Virus record (IMG/VR): IMGVR_UViG_3300029770_000021
Source: a virus
Length of the DNA stretch: 40,540 bases
Direction: 5' to 3' (one strand)
A model generated the notes under the pieces. It was not told where the DNA came from and searched no databases. It worked only from the letters and a program-made list of their open reading frames with translations. Below, one piece after another: positions 6,745 through 13,341 of the stretch (within the stretch, counting starts at the first letter, position 1; each line of letters begins with the position of its first letter). The position numbers and the translations under genes are program-made.

Positions 6745-8039
6745 AAGCGTTGATCGGCGGAAGCCCCTGCACACGTTGGAGCATCGCACAGACGAAGAAC
6801 CGGGAGACCGAGGCCAGCGGTATCGGCTGGGAGATATTTCTAAATTACCGCATCGCACGGGATAAGTACCAGCCGGACTATTTTTTGTATGAAAACAACA
6901 AGTCCATGTCGCCCGCTATCCGGGCGCAGATCACGGCGGAGTTAGGCGTGGAGCCTGTCCTGATTAACAGCGCCCTGGTGAGCGCACAAAACCGTCAGCG
7001 CCTTTACTGGGTTGGCAAGCGTGAGCCGGACGGCACATACAGTCAGGTGGCAGTGGAGCAGCCGGAGGACAGGGGTATTTTGCTGCGGGATATTCTGGAG
7101 ACTTCGACCAGCAAAAAAGGATATGCACTGGACCCAACGCACGCAGAAGTCCTGAATATGAATCCAAGCGGGCACGGAATGAATGGTGCAGTTATCCACT
7201 GTGATGGAAAGAGCCGAACACTCACGACGAACAAGGGAGAGGGTCCAAAAATCATAACCCCTATCCGCATTGGGACCATCGAGAATGACGCGAAGAACCC
7301 GGACCATGACAGCCAGCAATACCGTGTTTACAGCCCGGATGGCAAAAGTGTGACCCTCTGCGGTAACGGCGGTGGCGTGGGTGCAAAAACTGGGCTTTAT
7401 GCCGTGCCGGTGCCGGTAAATGAAACCGCCGAGGGGAAAGCCCAATGTCTACGCGCTACCTACTACAAAGACGGGATCCGCAATCTGGTGGGGAATGCCG
7501 TGGACCGGAAAACGTGCGTGGCGATGCCTGTCGGGATGGCAGCGGGGCCGAAAAGCATACTTGTAGTTACGGCTGCGGGAAAGTCGGTGCCTGTTTACGA
7601 GGTTAGAAATGGGAAAATCGCCATCAAGGGCGAGGAGTACCCCATCAAACTGGCCGACGGCTTTTACATTATTCGCAAGTTGACCGTGACGGAATGTAAA
7701 CGCCTCCAGACCGTGCCGGAGGAGTATGTTTTCCCGGTGAGCGACACTCAGGCATACAAAATGCTGGGCAACGGCTGGACGGTGGACGTGATCGTCCATA
7801 TCATGAGCCACTTTGAAGGGCTGACGGCGGAGCCGGTGGAAGTGCTGTCGATGTATGACGGCATGAGCTGCGGTCATATCGCACTGGACAAGCTGGGCGC
7901 GGAGATCTCCGCCTACTATGCAACCGAGATCGACAAGTACGCCATCCAAACCACACAGCACAATTACCCGGACACTGTACAACTGGGCGACGCGTTTCAG
8001 GTGCGGGACGATGATTGGAGATTGGGGGAGGAACTATGA
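6741..8039 (+). CDS. DNA (cytosine-5) methyltransferase with circularly permuted motif order (IV-X, then I-III)
   Basis: SD GGAGGTGGAGGA. In order: MKALIGGSPC (IV), LYENN (VI), QNRQRLYW (VIII), QQYRVYSPDGKSVTLCGNGGG (target recognition domain, TRD), RKLTVTECKRLQTVP (IX), GNGWTVDVIVHI (X), then VEVLSMYDGMSCG (I), YATEIDKYA (II), QLGDAF (III), stop. Confidence 0.85.
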   Translation: MKALIGGSPCTRWSIAQTKNRETEASGIGWEIFLNYRIARDKYQPDYFLYENNKSMSPAIRAQITAELGVEPVLINSALVSAQNRQRLYWVGKREPDGTYSQVAVEQPEDRGILLRDILETSTSKKGYALDPTHAEVLNMNPSGHGMNGAVIHCDGKSRTLTTNKGEGPKIITPIRIGTIENDAKNPDHDSQQYRVYSPDGKSVTLCGNGGGVGAKTGLYAVPVPVNETAEGKAQCLRATYYKDGIRNLVGNAVDRKTCVAMPVGMAAGPKSILVVTAAGKSVPVYEVRNGKIAIKGEEYPIKLADGFYIIRKLTVTECKRLQTVPEEYVFPVSDTQAYKMLGNGWTVDVIVHIMSHFEGLTAEPVEVLSMYDGMSCGHIALDKLGAEISAYYATEIDKYAIQTTQHNYPDTVQLGDAFQVRDDDWRLGEEL

Positions 8040-8088
8040 GAGATACAAACCTCGTAAATTCGCTGCCGGAGCCGCCGGAGGCGGGAAA

Positions 8089-8424
8089 ATGCTGAAACCA
8101 AGTGATCTGACGAAGGCGGAACTGCTGCAAGTGGTAGAAATGCTGGCGGAAGCGGCTAACGAATATTATTTGGATCGTGCGCTGGGACGCATCGAAATGC
8201 AGCGGAACGATGCCCATTACGCAAGATGCAAAAAGCTGATTGACGAAGAGAGAAGACACACCGAGGCATATTTTGAGCTCCTCCGACCTTATGACGGGCA
8301 ACCCATTACGAATATTCCGCTGGACGTTGCCAAGCGAGCGCAAGCAGAATGGGAGAAAGCCCGGTCTGCGGGAAAAGAGTGGGACAAGCTGAACGGAATA
8401 CGGCAGAAAGGAAAGAAAATGTGA
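8089..8424 (+). CDS. Hypothetical coiled-coil protein
   Basis: GGAGG lies about 7 nt before ATG 8089. 111 aa, MLKPSDLTKAELLQVVEMLAEAANEYY... Confidence 0.6.
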   Translation: MLKPSDLTKAELLQVVEMLAEAANEYYLDRALGRIEMQRNDAHYARCKKLIDEERRHTEAYFELLRPYDGQPITNIPLDVAKRAQAEWEKARSAGKEWDKLNGIRQKGKKM

Positions 8425-8879
8425 TGGAACGATTGACGGAAAGAGACGCAAATTGCGCAGACCCAAAAGAAATTTATGGTGTGCGGGTAAAAAACCACGA
8501 TTATATTTCAGCGGCAAACCGCCTTGCCGCCTACGAAGACACGGGGCTGACGCCGGAACAGTGCGAAAACGCAAAGACCATCATCGAATCTGCCTTTAGC
8601 GATGATACGTCAAAGGTAGAACGGATTCGGGAGCTGTTGAAGGCCGACAGAGATGGGCGGCTGGTGGTGCTGCCGTGCAAGGTGGGCGATACGGTGTATT
8701 TTGCTTTGCTTGGAAGAATCATTGAGAAGCAGGTATTTAGCATCGTTTCATTTTCAAATTCCACAAGAATTTACTGTAGCGGAACCAGCGAATATTTCAG
8801 GCCAGAGGATATAGGAAAAACCTTCTTTCTCACCCGCAAGGAGGCCGAAGCAGCATTGGAGGCGATGAAGGATGAATGA
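8424..8879 (+). CDS. Hypothetical phage protein
   Basis: ATG overlaps the upstream TGA. 151 aa with AAYEDTGLTPEQ...GRLVVLPCKVGDTVYF. Confidence 0.65.
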   Translation: MERLTERDANCADPKEIYGVRVKNHDYISAANRLAAYEDTGLTPEQCENAKTIIESAFSDDTSKVERIRELLKADRDGRLVVLPCKVGDTVYFALLGRIIEKQVFSIVSFSNSTRIYCSGTSEYFRPEDIGKTFFLTRKEAEAALEAMKDE

Positions 8880-9066
8880 CCTAAAACCGTGCCCGTTCTG
8901 CGGAGGTGAAGCGGTCATAAGCGTCGACCCGGATGCAGTGGAGGACACGCAAGGTCGACGTTGGGCGTATAATGCCGTGTGCATTAGATGTTGTGCGACG
9001 TCAGGGCTTACGTATACGCCCCAAAAAGCTAAAGAGGCATGGAACAGGAGGGCTGAAAATGACTGA
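8872..9066 (+). CDS. Lar-family restriction alleviation protein
   Basis: MNDLKPCPFCGGEAV...CIRCCATSG...KAKEAWNRRAEND is the classic Lar zinc-ribbon pattern. Confidence 0.8.
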   Translation: MNDLKPCPFCGGEAVISVDPDAVEDTQGRRWAYNAVCIRCCATSGLTYTPQKAKEAWNRRAEND

Positions 9067-9078
9067 ATACATTAAGCG
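9037..9078 (+). repeat. 42-bp direct repeat, copy 1 (Lar 3' end + start of next gene)
   Basis: GCATGGAACAGGAGGGCTGAAAATGACTGAATACATTAAGCG versus the copy at 9283-9324 (4 mismatches, 246-bp spacing). Confidence 0.9.
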
Positions 9079-9104
9079 AGAAGCACTGAGGGGGCGAAGC
9101 GGCG

Positions 9105-9302
9105 ATGTATGTCCTTGAGTACAAATCGCTCTACATTCCACACGAAGAGCTGACTAAAAACCGCACGTTCCAAAGCTACCGGTGGAAGCAGTACGCTGTG
9201 TGTGAGGAGCGCGGGCCACTGGAACAAATTAGGGCCGCGCAGAAAAGGCCGGAGGAGTGGAGAATTATCCAAACTGCCGGAAGCGTGGAACAGGAGGGTT
9301 GA
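9105..9302 (+). CDS. Hypothetical protein inside the 246-bp duplicated-junction unit
   Basis: 65 aa. GAGGGGG lies 10 nt upstream. Flanked by the two 42-bp repeats. Confidence 0.45.
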   Translation: MYVLEYKSLYIPHEELTKNRTFQSYRWKQYAVCEERGPLEQIRAAQKRPEEWRIIQTAGSVEQEG

Positions 9303-9324
9303 AAATGGCTGAATACATTGAGCG
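9283..9324 (+). repeat. 42-bp direct repeat, copy 2
   Basis: GCGTGGAACAGGAGGGTTGAAAATGGCTGAATACATTGAGCG. An alternative frame here reads EAWNRRVENG-stop, a remnant of a second Lar C-terminus. Confidence 0.9.
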
Positions 9325-9583
9325 CAGTGCGGCGATTAAGGCCGCGAAGCACGCGTGGGCAAAAGGGCTTGAGCCGTCGCAGTATATTGAGGCCCTGCCT
9401 GCCGCCAACGTGGCCCCGGTGGTGCGTGGGCGGTGGATACCGCATGATAGGGTTTTTGGCGATGATTTTTTGGTTTGCTCCAAGTGCCAATTTGTAAGCG
9501 AAGACAGATCAACCCGTAGGTATTATCATTACTGCCCCCACTGCGGGGCCAAGATGGACGGAGGCGACAACACTGAACGTTGA
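9305..9583 (+). CDS. Hypothetical zinc-ribbon phage protein
   Basis: MAEYIERSAAI...VAPVVRGRWI...CSKCQ...YCPHCGAKMDGG. A truncated 19-aa paralogous start (MTEYIKREAL...) lies at 9059-9118. Confidence 0.7.
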   Translation: MAEYIERSAAIKAAKHAWAKGLEPSQYIEALPAANVAPVVRGRWIPHDRVFGDDFLVCSKCQFVSEDRSTRRYYHYCPHCGAKMDGGDNTER

Positions 9584-9656
9584 GCGCCCGGCTTCCTGCG
9601 AAAGTGCGCTGCGTGGGTTCAGCATCAACTCATCGACTGAAAGGAGATATTAAACT

Positions 9657-9878
9657 ATGCAGTTAGAAGTAGCCGTTGAAATTCAGAAGGCTTACAGCAA
9701 GCTCACGTCTGGGCAGGTCCCCTTCACCAAGAAGAATATGTGTGCGATTTTGGCGCCACTTAGAGACAAGTACGGCCTGACGGACAGGCAGGTGCTGGCA
9801 GTTGCTCGCAACGAATTGTCCTTGGAAGAAATCATGCTGCTCAACCAGACTCAGGAGGAGACGAAGCAGCATGGATAA
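9657..9878 (+). CDS. Hypothetical protein
   Basis: AAAGGAG SD, 73 aa. Confidence 0.6.
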   Translation: MQLEVAVEIQKAYSKLTSGQVPFTKKNMCAILAPLRDKYGLTDRQVLAVARNELSLEEIMLLNQTQEETKQHG

Positions 9879-10179
9879 GTACATCAATCAGCAGACATTG
9901 CAGAACGCATTAGAGCGTAAGCAATGCGGGCCTGCTAACAAGAGGTACACCGAGGGTTGGAACGATTGTCTCATGCGAGTGAAGAGTATGGTGAGTGCTG
10001 CTCCTATTATTGATGCCGTGCCGGTAGTACGGTGCAAGGACTGTAAGCATTTGTGCGTGTGGAACCGAAAAGATATATACGCATTTTGCCCCAAAACAAA
10101 CATCGTGTTTTTGCCATTTGATAAGGACACAAGGACATTCTTTTGCGGCCTTGGCGAGAGAAAGGATGGCGTGAGGTGA
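9871..10179 (+). CDS. Hypothetical Cys-rich protein
   Basis: AGGAGGAG lies 10 nt before ATG 9871. 102 aa with VPVVRCKDCKH...FCP. Confidence 0.6.
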   Translation: MDKYINQQTLQNALERKQCGPANKRYTEGWNDCLMRVKSMVSAAPIIDAVPVVRCKDCKHLCVWNRKDIYAFCPKTNIVFLPFDKDTRTFFCGLGERKDGVR

Positions 10180-10183
10180 TCAT

Positions 10184-10405
10184 GTGAGTACATTCCCGGA
10201 ACGGCTACAGCGGCTCCGAGAAAGCAGACACCCGGTTGTCAGCCGGTATGTGGCATCTGAACTGATGGGGCTGAGCCGGGACGCGTTGAGACGGTACGAG
10301 CGAGGCACACGGGAACCGGGGCTGTCGGAGCTGAAACTGATTGCTGCGTATTACAACGTCAGTCTTGACCAGCTTTGCTGGGACGAAGGCGAGCGAAACT
10401 CTTAA
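10184..10405 (+). CDS. XRE-family HTH transcriptional regulator
   Basis: GTG start after GAGGTGA. FPERLQRLRESR...SELMGLSRDALRRYERGTREPGLSELKLIAAYYNVSLDQL is an HTH_3 pattern. Last gene before the non-coding region and the packaging genes. Confidence 0.75.
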   Translation: MSTFPERLQRLRESRHPVVSRYVASELMGLSRDALRRYERGTREPGLSELKLIAAYYNVSLDQLCWDEGERNS

Positions 10406-10555
10406 TTGTAGAGAAAATAAATGTTTCAAATTCCTCCATTTGGAGGAATGTTGACGAACAGATGTGCGAGAATGAGGGTGCGGGGTTATATCCGTATCCT
10501 CATTCTTTCCATCCATCCTTTCTTTCCTCCTGACCCCGGCGGATGCCGGGGATAT

Positions 10556-10627
10556 GCAGACGTAGCTCAGTTGGCAGAGCACCGCGCCAGGAGGTATGCG
10601 CAGGTTCAAGTCCTGCCGTCTGCACCA
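10556..10627 (+). ncRNA. tRNA-like element with canonical acceptor, D and T arms and encoded CCA, but no normal anticodon arm
   Basis: GCAGACG/CGTCTGC acceptor stem. D arm GCTCAGTTGGCAGAGC. T arm GCAGG-TTCAAGT-CCTGC. 3' ACCA. Only 19 nt lie between the D and T arms, where about 22-23 are needed, and no 5-bp/7-nt anticodon stem-loop can be drawn. Confidence 0.55.
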
Positions 10628-10800
10628 AATCCCAAAGCTGATAGCGTACAGGGGCAATATTGCGGCAAGCCCATACTTGGCGAGCGTTGTGTCCCGTCAG
10701 CAGGGCGTGGCTCCGCGAAGGGCCGTTCGATTTGCCCGCGTTGAATCGAGCGTTACTTAGAACACGTACCCGCTCCGGCGGGTACGCAAACGCGGGATAT

Positions 10801-10877
10801 AGGGGCGAATGTTCCAAGGCTGGCGAGGCGGTCTCCAAAACCGCTTGGGTGGGTTCGATTCCCAACCGTCCCTGCCA
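10801..10877 (+). tRNA. tRNA-Trp (anticodon CCA), non-canonical details
   Basis: AGGGGCG/CGTCCCT acceptor stem, G73 and CCA. Perfect anticodon arm GCGGT-CTCCAAA-ACCGC. T loop TTCGATT. Oddities: the D stem relies on G-U pairs, and one extra A (CCCAAC) follows the T stem. Confidence 0.6.
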
Positions 10878-11110
10878 ACTCTAAACGGAGTCACCAACGG
10901 AGTATAAACAAGTGGGGTAACCGTGGAAACCGGAGATATGCGGCATAGGTGCCCCGTAAGGGGAGACCACAGCGAGTGACGGGGACTTTCCCCGAAGTGC
11001 TAAAGCAGGGCAGGACTGCAATGCCGTACCAGATGTGCCCATTAGGGTGGGTAAAGTCTGCTATGTAAGGCCAAGGGGTGGGGGCTGGTAGCAAAACGAG
11101 GTGATGCCTT

Positions 11111-11449
11111 GTGATTGGAAAAACTTATACGCTGGAAGAAATGGACAAGCAGGTAAAAATCAATATGCGCCTGCTTGAAAAATTCAAGACCCAGCTTTGG
11201 GCTGAGTACGGATACACCGCGGAAAACATCATGAAGATGTTTGATACGCTGTATGAAGAACAACAGGAAGTAATGCCGTTACCGTGGTATGAGTATTGCT
11301 GCGGTGTAAGTGACACAAAAAAATGGAGTGGTGACAATGGCTGCAAGGCTGACAGACCGTCAAAAGAAGAAAATACTGGCGGACTATGTGCAGACCAGCA
11401 ACTATTGCGCCACAGCGAAAATCAACGGTGTGTCCGCAACGACCGTTAA
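11111..11449 (+). CDS. Hypothetical ORF overlapping the terS start
   Basis: GTG start after GAGGTGA. The first roughly 70 aa look protein-like. The last 113 nt overlap terS in another frame, so the true 3' end is uncertain. Confidence 0.3.
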   Translation: MIGKTYTLEEMDKQVKINMRLLEKFKTQLWAEYGYTAENIMKMFDTLYEEQQEVMPLPWYEYCCGVSDTKKWSGDNGCKADRPSKEENTGGLCADQQLLRHSENQRCVRNDR

Positions 11450-11759
11450 GAACCTCGTGCGGGCGAATGCCGACATTGTGGAAAAGTGCGAACAAAAAAA
11501 GGAAGAGAATACCGCCGATGTATTAGCGTACATGGATAAGCACAAAGACCTTGTGTGTTCGTTCATCGGCAAGGGGCTTGAAATGCTCAACGACCCGGAG
11601 AAGCTGGCGGCGGCAAATCTCAGCCAGATCACAACGGCGATGGGAACGCTGATTGACAAGTGGGCGATGATCGGCGGCAGTCCTGCCGACACAGTGAAGG
11701 AAGATGCGCTTAGTCAGAGCCTAAAGGAAATGGCAAAGGAGCTTGAGAGCGATGATTAA
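11337..11759 (+). CDS. terS: Terminase small subunit
   Basis: MAARLTDRQKKKILADYVQTSNYCATAKINGVSATTVKNLV is an HTH-type TerS N-terminus. Located just upstream of terL. Confidence 0.8.
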   Translation: MAARLTDRQKKKILADYVQTSNYCATAKINGVSATTVKNLVRANADIVEKCEQKKEENTADVLAYMDKHKDLVCSFIGKGLEMLNDPEKLAAANLSQITTAMGTLIDKWAMIGGSPADTVKEDALSQSLKEMAKELESDD

Positions 11760-12060
11760 GATTTACGGTTGCAGCGATGACCTTGTGGAAATTTACGGTA
11801 GCGTTTACAAAGAAGACGAAATCGGCTGTTTTGACCATGATGTTCGTATCCGTTTTTTTGATGGGACGATTATCCGTATTGGCTATCCCAAAAAGGACTT
11901 AGGCGTTTGGTGGATTGAGGTTGAAAAACAAGGGACAGCAAAACAGGCGTTGACATTATGTGATAACGAAGATGACGATATTTATAGTGACATCTTCGAA
12001 ATTGACGCGGAGATTAAAAGCCATTCTGTGATTAAGCAGAAATATCCGGACAGACCATGA
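11752..12060 (+). CDS. Hypothetical protein between terS and terL
   Basis: MIKIYGCSDDLVEIYG...DGTIIRIGY...VWWIEV. Coupled at both ends. Confidence 0.6.
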   Translation: MIKIYGCSDDLVEIYGSVYKEDEIGCFDHDVRIRFFDGTIIRIGYPKKDLGVWWIEVEKQGTAKQALTLCDNEDDDIYSDIFEIDAEIKSHSVIKQKYPDRP

Positions 12061-13337
12061 TTAGCCACAAGCAGAAAAAAATCCTCGCATTTCCATACAG
12101 CCGCTATGATGCCTTGATATGTGACGGTGCCGTGCGTTCCGGCAAGACCTCTATCATGATGTGGGCGTTTGTCCGCTGGGCAATGGAGAATTTCAGCGGT
12201 CAGCGCTTCGGCGTGTGTGGTCGCACGGTGGATAGTTGCACCAAGAACATCATTGTGCCGTTCACGGCAATGAGCCTTGCCAAAGAGCGTTATATCATTC
12301 GCTGGCGGCGCGGTGACAAGGTTATGGAAGTGCGGCGCGGAGCCGTGACAAATTACTTTGAAGTGTTCGGCGGCAAGGACGAGGCGAGCTATACACTGAT
12401 CCAAGGCCGCACACTGGCGGGTGTGTTGCTGGACGAGGTGGTATTGATGCCACGCTCATTCGTGGAACAGGCGCTTGCACGTTGCTCCGTTGACGGCGCG
12501 CGGCTGTGGTTCTCTTGTAACCCCGGCAGCCCACACCACTGGTTCTATCAGGAGTGGATCAAGCGGAGCCGTGAGCGTAATGCACTGTATCTACACTTTG
12601 AAATGACGGACAACCCCGGCCTGAGCAAGCGCACCCTTGAACGGTACGAGAATATGTATGCCGGTATATTTTATGACCGGTATGTGCGCGGCCTGTGGGT
12701 AGCGGCAGAGGGCATCGTTTATAAGGACTTCGCCAACGATACAGAAAAGTATTTGATCGGAGACCCTTTGGAGTGGGCCAAGCAAAACGGCACCAGCTTC
12801 TCAATCATTTCAATTGGCGTTGACTTCGGTGGCACAAAATCTGCAACGAAATTTCAGGCCACCGGGATTACAAAAGATTTCCGGGTTGTGGCGTTGGAAG
12901 AAGAATACATCAAAAACGAAGAGATTGACCCGGATGCATTAAACCGGCGTTTTGCTACGTTCTGCCAGCTGATAACGTCAAAGTATGGTTACAGCCAGAC
13001 ACGAGCGGATAGCGCGGAAACGGTGCTTATACGAGGGTTAGATCACACGGCACAAAAACTCCGGCTGGGTACCCAAGTCAAGAACGCGCTGAAAATGCAA
13101 ATCACAGACAGAATTCGGCTGGTAGTGTTGCTGATGAAGCAGGGGCGGTTCAAAGTTTCCAGAAACTGCCCACATCTGATCGATGCACTGCAATCCGCTA
13201 TTTATGATCCTGATAAATTTGAGGACGAGCGCTTGGATGATGGCACGTCCGACATCGACAGCTTGGATGCCTTTGAGTACAGCATTGAGCCTTATTACAA
13301 AGACCTGGAACGTGCCGGTCACATGATGGGACGGTGA
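12057..13337 (+). CDS. terL: Terminase large subunit
   Basis: Walker A CDGAVRSGKTS, LLDEV (Walker B-like), 426 aa. PBSX/SPP1-type architecture by eye. Confidence 0.92.
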   Translation: MISHKQKKILAFPYSRYDALICDGAVRSGKTSIMMWAFVRWAMENFSGQRFGVCGRTVDSCTKNIIVPFTAMSLAKERYIIRWRRGDKVMEVRRGAVTNYFEVFGGKDEASYTLIQGRTLAGVLLDEVVLMPRSFVEQALARCSVDGARLWFSCNPGSPHHWFYQEWIKRSRERNALYLHFEMTDNPGLSKRTLERYENMYAGIFYDRYVRGLWVAAEGIVYKDFANDTEKYLIGDPLEWAKQNGTSFSIISIGVDFGGTKSATKFQATGITKDFRVVALEEEYIKNEEIDPDALNRRFATFCQLITSKYGYSQTRADSAETVLIRGLDHTAQKLRLGTQVKNALKMQITDRIRLVVLLMKQGRFKVSRNCPHLIDALQSAIYDPDKFEDERLDDGTSDIDSLDAFEYSIEPYYKDLERAGHMMGR

Positions 13338-13341
13338 AATA

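Larger units (their letters stand above)
10406..11110 (+). ncRNA. ORF-poor, hairpin-dense region of about 700 nt: candidate large structured RNA with embedded tRNA-like elements
   Basis: No SD-preceded ORF is present. Stems seen: 10431-10448, 10469-10507, CCCCGGC/GCCGGGG at 10534-10551, CCCGCGTT/AACGCGGG at 10735-10796 enclosing GTACCCGC/GCGGGTAC at 10766-10785, and a GUAA tetraloop hairpin near 10948-10970. Confidence 0.45.

Noticed and set aside
10628-10800. A third tRNA between the two tRNA-like elements (GTTCGATT T-loop-like motif at about 10725; GGCGAGCGTT resembling a class II D loop)
   Set aside because: No acceptor-stem complement could be found, and the putative anticodon stem (around GTCAGCA) has only 3 pairs. 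These features are treated as part of the larger structured region.
10205-10865. Minus-strand ORFs 10205-10657 and 10500-10865, and plus ORFs 10421-10744 and 10660-10884
   Set aside because: They run through tRNA-like sequences and hairpins, lack SDs and overlap one another. The region is better explained as non-coding RNA or regulatory DNA.
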